From an uncultured Clostridia bacterium (lineage in GTDB: Bacteria > Bacillota > Clostridia > TANB77 > CAG-508): 64,000 nt of DNA. Each line of letters opens with the position of its first letter. Within the stretch, counting starts at the first letter, position 1. Under the pieces are notes generated by a model. That model saw only the letters and a list, made by a program, of their open reading frames with translations. It did not search any database and was not told the origin of the DNA. Below are positions 18,163 to 27,069 of this stretch, in pieces. The stretch covers positions 2,499-66,498 of the forward strand of contig CALXPW010000002.1 in NCBI GenBank assembly GCA_944390365.1, given 5' to 3'. The translations under genes were made by a program, and so were the position numbers.

Positions 18163-19449
18163 ATGTCAAAAAGAGGTCAAAATGAAGGCAGTATTAGACA
18201 AAGAAAAGATGGTACTTGGGAAGCCAGATATACTGTAGGTGTAAAAGAAAATGGAAAACCTAATAGAAAATCTGTATATGCTAAAACTAGAAAAGAAGTT
18301 AAAGACAAATTAAATGCTATTTTGTTATCTTTAAAAAATGGAACTTATACTAATTCAAATAATATATTATTCATAGATTGGCTTAGCAAATGGCTTGAAA
18401 CTTATGCTAAGCCTAACATAAAACTTGCTACATATACAAGTTATGAAACATATATACGAGGTCATTTGAAACCTTATTTTTTAAATATAAAATTACAATC
18501 TGTTTCAGCAGAAATGCTACAAAAATTTTTTAATTATAAGCAGAACAATGGTAGATTAGACAATCGCGAAGGCGGATTATCAGCTAAAACTTTGAAAAAT
18601 ATGTATAATATGCTACATGCTTCATTTAAACAAGCATATATTAATGGATTAGTTCAAACAAATATTGTTGAAACTATAAAAACTCCTAAAATTTTTAGAA
18701 AAGAAATGAGAGTCTTAACTAGAGAAGAACAAAATAAATTAATTCATGTCGCTAGAAATTATAGACTAGGAATTGTTGTAATATTAGATTTATTTACAGG
18801 AATGAGATTAGGTGAAATCCTTGCTTTGAGATGGTGTGATGTTGATTTAAAAGGTGAAAGTTTAATTGTAAGAAATAGTATTAAAAGATTATCTACACAT
18901 GAGAAAACATCTAAAAAACAAAATAAAACTAAATTAATTTTAGATACTCCAAAATCTCAAACAAGTTATAGAGAAATACCGCTTCTCTCTCCTATTGTTA
19001 AAGAATTAAAAACTCACAAGCAAAAACAAAAAATTGAAATCCTATTAGCTGGTAAATCCTATATAAATAAAGATTTTCTATTTTGTAATACAATTGGAGA
19101 GCCTTATGATCAGAAAACTTTTTGGAAAGAATATTCTTTAATGTTAATAGATGCTGGTTTACGAGAGAAAAAGGAAAAACCTATTAGAAATAAAATTAAA
19201 AAGAATATAAAATCCAAACTAAAATCTCATGCTGATAAAGTTCAAGTTACATTCCATACTTTAAGACATACTTTTGCAACTAGAGCAATTGAACAAGGTA
19301 TGGAAATTCCCGTACTTAGTAAAATTCTAGGACATGCTGATATAAGTACCACTTTGAATAAATATTGTCATGCTATTCCAGATAGAAAACGTGAAAATAT
19401 GGAGAAAATTGAGTGTTTATATAATGATAGCCTAGACAATAAAATCTAG
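18163..19449 (+). CDS. tyrosine-type site-specific integrase (intact)
   Basis: Start at ATG 18163 (RBS AAGGAGG; MSKRGQNEGSIRQRKDGTWEARYTVG). Catalytic signatures TGMRLGEILALRW, HTLRHTFAT and GHADISTTLNKYCH. Confidence 0.9.
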   Translation: MSKRGQNEGSIRQRKDGTWEARYTVGVKENGKPNRKSVYAKTRKEVKDKLNAILLSLKNGTYTNSNNILFIDWLSKWLETYAKPNIKLATYTSYETYIRGHLKPYFLNIKLQSVSAEMLQKFFNYKQNNGRLDNREGGLSAKTLKNMYNMLHASFKQAYINGLVQTNIVETIKTPKIFRKEMRVLTREEQNKLIHVARNYRLGIVVILDLFTGMRLGEILALRWCDVDLKGESLIVRNSIKRLSTHEKTSKKQNKTKLILDTPKSQTSYREIPLLSPIVKELKTHKQKQKIEILLAGKSYINKDFLFCNTIGEPYDQKTFWKEYSLMLIDAGLREKKEKPIRNKIKKNIKSKLKSHADKVQVTFHTLRHTFATRAIEQGMEIPVLSKILGHADISTTLNKYCHAIPDRKRENMEKIECLYNDSLDNKI

Positions 19450-19534
19450 GCTATTATTTTTTATTTATTTTAAATATTGTTTAAACTTATAAGAATGTTT
19501 TATAAAATTATTATTTCAATATCAATTAACCTCT

Positions 19535-19969
19535 TTATTTCATATAATCTCTAATTTTAAATAATAATTCATCATCTAACGTTTCTGTTGAAGCAAAATT
19601 ACTTAATGTATTTTTATCTTCCCAATCTAAATCAAATAAATTTATTTTTTTATCTTTATCATATCTTGGAAAAGCATGATAATGAACAAAAGGATCGTGC
19701 ATCATCATAATCATATAATTAAATTTTATTGCTCCAAATTTTTCTCTGCATAAATCTTCATACCATTTTATTACTTCTGGAAATTCTGCACCTTCTTCTG
19801 GTAACATTCCGCTAACATTTTCTATCTCTCTTTTTAATAAAATAACTACATCTCCTAATGTTGGTTGCTTTTGTCTAACACAAACAAGCCAGTACTTAAA
19901 TTCTTTAATACATAATTCTTCTAGTCTAAATTTTTTCATAAATTCTAGATTTTTCATAATTTCCTCCAC
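19535..19969 (-). CDS. HIT-like (histidine triad-related) protein, tentative
   Basis: 144 aa. FVHYHAFPRY resembles the HxHxH-x-x-PR histidine-triad motif. Last gene of a five-gene minus-strand operon. Confidence 0.4.
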   Translation of the reverse strand: MEEIMKNLEFMKKFRLEELCIKEFKYWLVCVRQKQPTLGDVVILLKREIENVSGMLPEEGAEFPEVIKWYEDLCREKFGAIKFNYMIMMMHDPFVHYHAFPRYDKDKKINLFDLDWEDKNTLSNFASTETLDDELLFKIRDYMK

Positions 19970-19977
19970 AATTCTTT

Positions 19978-20328
19978 TTATTTATCAAATAATTTACATT
20001 GTTCTCTATACCAAGCGGGAGTACAAATCATTATTATTTTACAATTTCCATTCCAGTAATAAACTTCTTTTTTATCTATTAAAATTACATCTCCCTGCTT
20101 AAAATTAACAACTTCATCTTGTTTGTTTATTATGACTGTTCCATCCAAAATATAGCAAATCTCTTTACATTCCTCATTACTGCAATAGCCTTTTTCTGGA
20201 TATCTTCCAGTTATAGTATTTATACAGAAATCAATATCTTTATCATTTAGTAGTATTGAATATTCTAACAAACTGCTTGTATCACTATTTTTTAATATTT
20301 TAGCTTGTTCACTACTTACTTTTCTCAT
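19978..20328 (-). CDS. cupin domain protein
   Basis: 116 aa. GRYPEKGYCSNEECKEICYILDGTVIINKQDEVVNFKQGDVILIDKKEVYYW fits the two-motif cupin beta-barrel pattern. Confidence 0.6.
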   Translation of the reverse strand: MRKVSSEQAKILKNSDTSSLLEYSILLNDKDIDFCINTITGRYPEKGYCSNEECKEICYILDGTVIINKQDEVVNFKQGDVILIDKKEVYYWNGNCKIIMICTPAWYREQCKLFDK

Positions 20329-20357
20329 TCACTAACTCCTTTAATTAATCTTTTAAT

Positions 20358-20903
20358 TTATATAGTATATTTTTTATATCCACAATTTGACGATGCTAAC
20401 TTTAAATAATCATCATATATTGTTTCAACTTTGAATCCTTCAAAATAAGCGCTTAGCATTCCTGTAGAATCTTTGTGACCTACAATTAAAATATTGCAAT
20501 CAGTATTTTTGTACTTTTCTATTATTTCAAATATAAAACTATAAATTCTTTCCTTGTAATGTTCAAGTTTTTCAACTCCATCATATACATTCATATCTGG
20601 AACTGTTCCAGTAATTTTTATTTCTGACATTAACATTCCGTCTGCAGTTCCTAAGTCATAAACATTTAAACGATTATCTATTATAATATTCTTCTCTCCA
20701 GATGCTATTTTGGCTGTTTGTATAGCTCTTTCTTGTGGTGAAGAATATATATAATCAAATTTAATTTTTTCTGCATCAAACTTCTTTTTTAATTCTTTAG
20801 CTTGTTCAATTCCAACTTCATTTAATGGTTCTCCATTTCTTCCTTGTGCTCTATGCTCTGCATTTAGTTTTGTTTGACCATGTCTTGCAATATATAGATT
20901 CAT
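20358..20903 (-). CDS. histidine phosphatase family protein (phosphoglycerate-mutase-like)
   Basis: N-terminal LYIARHGQTKLN (RHG motif), SSPQERAIQTA, and the later VGHKD. Confidence 0.85.
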   Translation of the reverse strand: MNLYIARHGQTKLNAEHRAQGRNGEPLNEVGIEQAKELKKKFDAEKIKFDYIYSSPQERAIQTAKIASGEKNIIIDNRLNVYDLGTADGMLMSEIKITGTVPDMNVYDGVEKLEHYKERIYSFIFEIIEKYKNTDCNILIVGHKDSTGMLSAYFEGFKVETIYDDYLKLASSNCGYKKYTI

Positions 20904-21363
20904 TTATTACTTCCCCCTACATGTTTTTTATATTCATCTAAAGCCCTATTTAATATATCTCCAAATTTTTCTAGATAATTCTTTGTATATTTAGTCATAT
21001 TATTTGGTAAATTATTTATATCAAACCAATCTAGTTTTTTAGATTCATCATCATTTACTTTTAAATTACCATGATATTTTGTTATTACATAGTATCTTTT
21101 CCAGAAAGTATTTTTAATAATATTAATTCATCTATTTCTAGATTAGTTTCTTCTTTTAATTCTCTTTTTGCTACATCCTCAAAACTTTCTCCAAGTTCCA
21201 TTGCTCCTCCAGGGAATCCCCAAGAATTATAGTCAGCTCTAAGTTGCATCAAAACCTTATCTTCATCATTAAAAACAAATAATCCGACTCCAGCAGTTAG
21301 TATTGGTTCATTTCCAACATATTTTCTTATATCTTGTATATACCCCATATTATTATCCTCCAA
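20900..21363 (-). pseudogene. NUDIX hydrolase, disrupted (frameshift plus apparent internal deletion near 21085)
   Basis: Track ORF 21085..21363 holds the Nudix box GGAMELGESFEDVAKRELKEETNL and ends ...SGKDTM*. Own reading of the next frame gives YVITKYHGNLKVNDDESKKLDWFDINNLPNNMTKYTKNYLEKFG...*, ending in an ATGA overlap with the phosphatase start. Confidence 0.65.
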
Positions 21364-21936
21364 CTACTTTTCTACAAACAATACCTCTACTATATTTTTA
21401 TATCTATCTTTTATTTCTTCTCTAGTTTTTTCACTTAATTTATTATAATCTCTTTCTAATTTCTTTCTTACATATTCTTTTCCATCGGATATAGACAAAT
21501 TCATTTCTTTATATACTAACGAAAATAATGATGGTATGCAATCAAAATGCGCTATAACATCCGCATCTGCTACACATTGTTCTTCAATTGTATTTCTAGG
21601 CAGCTTTTTACTACCTCTATGTCTTAATACACACTCTTTAACTCTTTCTTTTTTGTCTTCTGGATAATTTAGTTCTGTCAATAATTCATCTGCAATTTTA
21701 GCACCATATACATTGTGTTCTTCTCTAGGTCCAATTTCTGAAGGCATTGCTATATCATGCAACAATGCTCCTAATTCAACAATTTCGACATCTGCATCAT
21801 ATTTTTTTGCAAGTTCAACTGAATTTTTAACAACATATTTTATATGGTCATTCCAAAAGTCGTAACCATATTTTTCATTATATGCATCACATCTTTTTAA
21901 TAATTCTTCTTTAATACTTTCAACTATTCCGCTCAT
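21364..21936 (-). CDS. HD domain metal-dependent phosphohydrolase
   Basis: GALLHDIAMP (HD motif) and a downstream HRGSK. First gene of the hydrolase operon. Confidence 0.8.
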   Translation of the reverse strand: MSGIVESIKEELLKRCDAYNEKYGYDFWNDHIKYVVKNSVELAKKYDADVEIVELGALLHDIAMPSEIGPREEHNVYGAKIADELLTELNYPEDKKERVKECVLRHRGSKKLPRNTIEEQCVADADVIAHFDCIPSLFSLVYKEMNLSISDGKEYVRKKLERDYNKLSEKTREEIKDRYKNIVEVLFVEK

Positions 21937-22349
21937 TTATTTTCCTCCAAGACAATTTACTTTTCTTATTGCTATTACTATATTACAAATTCCTTAATTA
22001 TTCCATAGTTTACATTTATTTATATTACTTTTCATCGTGGTAGGGGTATTTTGCTGGGGTAAAGCACAAAAATAAGACTACTTAATGTGTTGTAGTCTTA
22101 CTCCTATCTATATTCTATAATTTAATTTTTATTTGCTTGTTTCGGGTTATGAGCAATTTAAACTTTCATATTTTTCTAAAATAAGCTCTATATTATAAAC
22201 AGTTTCCTTATATTCTTTAAAACTTTTGTTTCTACTCCATTATTTCCACTATTTAATACCACAATAGAATACCATAAAAATTATTTTCTAATTTACTATT
22301 CATCTTCAAACAGAATAATTCTTTAAATATTCACTAACATAATTTACTT

Positions 22350-24652
22350 CTACATACTCTTCTCTATTTCACCTATAAACTCACTTTGGTCAAGCCTATT
22401 ATCTGGTACAACCAAATAAACTTTATTTCTAGTTCTTGTAAGCGCTACATAAAATAATCTTCTTTCTTCTGCGAATGGTATTTCTTCTGTGATAGTATCT
22501 AGTTTGAAGTAGTCGAAAATCCAATGAGAAGCTCTTCCCTTGCTTGGAAACAATCTATTTCTTAGTCCAAACACAATTACTTGGTCTGACGTCAAACCTT
22601 TCGAGCGGTGCATAGTTAGTGCTTCTATTTTAGCATTTGGCAAATCCTTGCATATTAGTACGTCATTTATTCCTCTAGCAAAGAACTCGCTTTTTTCTAG
22701 TTTATTTAAACAATCATTAGTTCTGGCTAAAATCAAAATTTCGTAGTCGGGATTTTCTTTGTATAATTTATGTACTATCTTATTTATCTCATCATACTCT
22801 CCGTATGCTTTGTATTCACAAATTTCAATTGAATGCTTTAAATTTTTAATAGATTTTATCGTCTTTCTACTTTGTTCTTCATTTTGAAGTACAAAATTAC
22901 TTGTTATATCCGCCAGTTCTTGGCCATACCTATATGTCGTCGAAAGATACATATCATCTTTTGAATTTTCAAATAGTTCTTTAAATCTATTAAATAATTC
23001 CAGTCTTGAACCTGCAAAGGCATAAATTGACTGCCAGTCATCTCCTACCGAAATTAATTTTGCATTAAAGTATTCTGTTAATCTTTTTATAAACAAAAAT
23101 CTTTGAAAAGTAATGTCCTGATACTCATCTACAATAATATATTTGTAATTTAGTTCCGGATATTTATTTTTCACTTCCTTTATAACATACTGATATGAAA
23201 TGTTAATCATATCACTATAATCTATCATATGATTCTCTATTAAATATTCTTGATAGAAATGATAAATATCCTTTAAGTACTTAATCGCCATTATTCTATA
23301 TTTAGTCTCTTTTTGTTTGTTTTTAGAATAGCAATGATATTTGAATTTTTCTTTCTTTATTTCTGATATTCTTTTATCAAACATATAGTCTTCATTATCT
23401 ACTAGCATATTTTTAAAAATGTCAATAAAATTTATTATTAAATCTGTAAATTTAAAAAATTCGGCATTCAAATTATTATCTAATAGTCTATCAAATATAT
23501 CTTTATCGCTTCTTCTTTCTAATTTAACTCCTCTTTTTATTAACTCTTTTTCTAATGTTAATATAAAGTTTCCATCTGGCATATTATAATCTAAATTTAT
23601 AAAATCGCTCTTACTACTCTGTTGAAATCTTTCTTTTATCTTCCTTGTCCTATTGTATTTTGCTATTTCTTTCCTATTTAGTTTATTTTTTTCGTTATAA
23701 CACTCAGAAAGTCCAAAATATTCGATATATATTTTTTTGCCTTGATACTCTATCGTAAAGTCTGGTTGATACGATGCATCTTCGTTTACTTTTTCCTCAT
23801 ATAATTTTTCATACGAATATTCTATATTGTTAACATATAAAAAATTTGCAATTCTAACTTCTCCAATTGATTTAGCTTTTTCTCCTCTTATTGTATAAAG
23901 AGAATTTCTTGACCCCAATCTATTAATCAAATATTGATGGATTCCACCTTTTTTACTATTTTCAGATATATATTTTCTTCTTTTGTAATCTGCAAAATAT
24001 TCTTCAAAAGTATTAAACTTATCAAAATTTTCTACAAACCCCTTTGCTATATAACTATTATTTTGATATTGCTTAAATAACTCTATTAGCTCTTTTAATT
24101 TATATTTATCTTTAAATAAATTCTTAATATATTCACAAATAATATTTTTTTGTTCATCTTCTCCCACAACTTGAATTGGATAAGGATAAAATTTTTTGAT
24201 AAATTTCATTCCTAATGAGTGAAAAGTTGAAACAGGAATACCTAAATCTAATAAATCATTAACTTTTTCGTCTAAATCCTCACTAGACTTTTTCGTAAAC
24301 GTAAGCATTATAATTTCTTGTGGCTTTATATTTAGTTTATCTACCAAATATTTTACTTTTGCAGCCATAGTTGTACTTTTACCAGAACCTGCTCCTGCAT
24401 TTATTAAGCAATAATCATCATCTCTTAATATAATTTTTCGTTGTTCTTCGTCTAAGTTTATATTCTCGCCTACATCAGTAAATATATGGTCAAAATAATC
24501 TTTATATTCAACTAATTTTCTATCTATAAATTGTTCATTTATTTTATTTAATTCTTCCTCTTTTACTTCTATTTCATTCTCATTACAGAAGTCTTCATAT
24601 TCCTTATATGTTATATATTATCTAAATCATATAATTCTTTTATGTTCTTCAT
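22350..24652 (-). pseudogene. UvrD/Rep-family SF1 helicase (helicase IV-like, with an embedded endonuclease-fold-like insert), N-terminal frameshift at 24611-24617
   Basis: The track ORF starts at an internal Met. Own reading shows in-frame upstream sequence ...DDDYCLINAGAGSGKSTTMAAKV (Walker A) with no start codon. A short ORF, MKNIKELYDLDNI*, with RBS AGGAG starts at 24652 in another frame, and the switch falls in an ATATATA tract. C-terminus is FYVALTRTRNKVYLV. The insert reads ANFLYVNNIEYSYE...YQPDFTIEYQGKKIYIEYFG. Confidence 0.75.
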
Positions 24653-24717
24653 TTTTTACTCCTGACACAATTTTTTCTTTATTGTATCATTTCTTTAAAA
24701 TGCTGTAAATATAATAA

Positions 24718-24981
24718 GATGATTTTTATATTTCTGTATTTTCAACAAATGACCCTGGTTTAAAGTTCAAGCATAATAGTCCAGATTTTGATGCTTTAGA
24801 AAATAATATTTTTCATAGAAAATCTGACAATACATATTCAAGCTACTTTTCTAAAGATGAAATATTGGATTTATTTTCTGGTTTTAATACTGTCCTAATT
24901 TCTGATGAATATAGCATAGATTTAAGTCATGGAACTCCGCATTATCACGGAATTATAAAATACATTGGAGAGGAAATATAA
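24718..24981 (+). pseudogene. start-less gene fragment, possibly the C-terminus of a SAM-dependent methyltransferase
   Basis: Own reading: an 87-codon open frame without a start (…NDPGLKFKHNSPDFDALENNIFHRKSDNTYSSYFSKDEILDLFSGFNTVLISDEYSIDLSHGTPHYHGIIKYIGEEI*). The family call is weak. Confidence 0.3.
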
Positions 24982-25000
24982 TAATCAGGTGTCTTTATAA

Positions 25001-25100
25001 TAAATATTATATAAAGATTTTTAGATTTACTTTATAAGAGGTGTTATATGAATATAAACCAGATAAAATAACAGGTATGTATTTATGGATTAAAAAATAG
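25001..25100 (+). pseudogene. relic of the kinase-GNAT junction with an internally deleted GNAT paralog
   Basis: 25001-25056 aligns with 4124-4180 (kinase 3' end, RBS and ATGAA(T/C)ATA). 25052-25100 aligns with 4538-4586 (…KPDKITGMYLWIKK*) at roughly 85-90% identity. About 125 codons between them are missing. Confidence 0.65.
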
Positions 25101-25187
25101 GCTTAAGAAGGAAATTTCCTAAGCTCTATTAAAATTACACAACTTTTACGATAGTCTCTAGTTTCATATAATTTATTAAATCTAGTC

Positions 25188-25634
25188 TTATCTATTATCA
25201 TTTATTGTAAGTTTTTCCATTATCCTTACTATTTCTTTTATTTCCTGTTCACTTTCTCCTTTTTCATAGACAAAACTAACATTGCAATTTTTGTACTTTT
25301 CTTTCTGCTTTATTATTTCTTCCTGTATATGACCGGCTTTCTCTCTAGTTAGTCCAAAGCAATAAATATCACATTCTTTTCCAAAACATTTTAATGCCTC
25401 TTGTAATCTCAAACCTTGCATATCCATTACTAGACTTTTATTTTCTTCTCTTACCTCTTTCATTATTGTATCATAAAATTGTAATGTTATGCCCAATAAT
25501 TGAACATAAGTTATATCTTTTTGCAAAAGATAGCCTCTCATAAATTCATAATTTTTATGCGTTTGATTTAATTTATAGTATATTTTATCTGCATTTTTTT
25601 CTTTTATTCCTATCAATAATATATTTCTATTCAT
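25188..25634 (-). CDS. hypothetical protein
   Basis: 148-aa ORF with RBS GAGGA upstream, located downstream of dprA. No motif recognised. Confidence 0.5.
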   Translation of the reverse strand: MNRNILLIGIKEKNADKIYYKLNQTHKNYEFMRGYLLQKDITYVQLLGITLQFYDTIMKEVREENKSLVMDMQGLRLQEALKCFGKECDIYCFGLTREKAGHIQEEIIKQKEKYKNCNVSFVYEKGESEQEIKEIVRIMEKLTINDNR

Positions 25635-25703
25635 CTCTAATCCTCTTTTCTTCTATATAATATTTTTTATAAGCTTTACAAAATATATTGTTAGTTAATA
25701 TAT

Positions 25704-26801
25704 TTACTCTTGCTTTTCTATCTCACCATCCTCTACATTTCTCATAAAATAATTTGTCTGTGGCTGATATGCATAACCTTCAATTTCCAGCATTGTAATA
25801 GTTGGAATTACTTCATTGATTGATTTTTCTAAATTTTTAGCTATTTCGTTAATATGCAAAGGTTGGCCTGATAGTATTCTATATACTTGCAAATATTCTT
25901 TTGGCATTATATCGCCTATACTCTTTTTTTTGTTTTCTAATTTTTGTGCGTCATCTTCTTTATCAACACTTTCATTTACTATTTCATTGACTTGATTTTC
26001 CCCTTCTTTCTTTTTCTTTATGTTGTTTAATGTTTGTAATTCAAATTTTTGAGATTCTTTAGACTTATCTGATGAAAGCCTCTTCTTTCGCTTATTTGGT
26101 ATCATTAGTGCATTTCCTAGATTCATATCACTCGTACCCATATTTTCGCTAAATTTTATATTCTCTATTATCTGCTCTGGTTTAGTTACTAATACTGCAC
26201 CTTCTCTAATTAGTCTATTCGTTCCTATTCCTTCTGTAGCATAGATTGTGTTTGGTATTGCATAAACGACTTTTCCTTCTTTTTTTGCATATTTGGCAGT
26301 AATACTACTTCCACTCCTGTAGTTTGCTTCTACTACCAGTACTGCATCAGAAAGACCACTTATTATTCTATTTCTACTCGGAAAATGGCTTTTTTCTGGT
26401 TTCGTATTTGTTGGGTATTCTGATATGATACATCCTCCTTTTTCTAATATTTTGTGGAATAACCATTCATTTTCTGGTGGATAGATGTAGTTAAGTCCAC
26501 ATCCTAAAACGGCGATTGTTTTTCCTTGTTCTTCTATTGCTACATTATGTGCTATTCCATCAATTCCCATCGCTAATCCACTAATAATGCAAATTCCTTT
26601 TGAAGATAGCTCTTTTCCAAATTCATTTGCTACTCTTCTTCCATATTCTGTACATTTTCTTGTTCCTACTATTCCTATTGTATTCCTTGCGTTTAATAGT
26701 TCTATATCTCCAATTGTATATATTTCGGTTGGAAAGTTTTTTGTTCTTAGTAATCTTTGTGGGTATTTTTCATCCTCCACATCTATTTTTATTATTTTCA
26801 C
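25704..26801 (-). CDS. dprA: DNA processing protein DprA (Smf)
   Basis: GIVGTRKCTEYGRRVA, GLAMGIDGIAH, SRNRIISGLS, plus a C-terminal winged-helix extension. GTG start as given in the track. Confidence 0.9.
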   Translation of the reverse strand: MKIIKIDVEDEKYPQRLLRTKNFPTEIYTIGDIELLNARNTIGIVGTRKCTEYGRRVANEFGKELSSKGICIISGLAMGIDGIAHNVAIEEQGKTIAVLGCGLNYIYPPENEWLFHKILEKGGCIISEYPTNTKPEKSHFPSRNRIISGLSDAVLVVEANYRSGSSITAKYAKKEGKVVYAIPNTIYATEGIGTNRLIREGAVLVTKPEQIIENIKFSENMGTSDMNLGNALMIPNKRKKRLSSDKSKESQKFELQTLNNIKKKKEGENQVNEIVNESVDKEDDAQKLENKKKSIGDIMPKEYLQVYRILSGQPLHINEIAKNLEKSINEVIPTITMLEIEGYAYQPQTNYFMRNVEDGEIEKQE

Positions 26802-27069
26802 TCTTTGATTTCATTTCTCCTTTATTTAAAAGTATGTTTCAAATAATTTTTGATATGTAGAGTTTGCCAAACTATATATTACAAAGCTTCTATATTGTTA
26901 CTGGCAATTTTCTCTGGTATTCTTTTTTCATTTATTATTCATTACAAATTGGTATTCTGTAATTAGCAAACAATCCATAAAGTCATTACCTAATGCACAT
27001 ATACTGTTTTCATATCAAAATTTAGTAATGTTTACAATTCTAAAGCTAAGTTAGCTTTCAGTACTTATT

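Larger units (their letters stand above)
11952..19449 (+). mobile_element. integrative mobilizable element core: Cys4 protein, Xis-HTH, helicase-like protein, iterons, MobC, relaxase, RHH, integrase
   Basis: Gene content read from the ORFs listed separately. The exact ends (att sites) were not identified. The left cargo may extend to about 6235. Confidence 0.6.
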
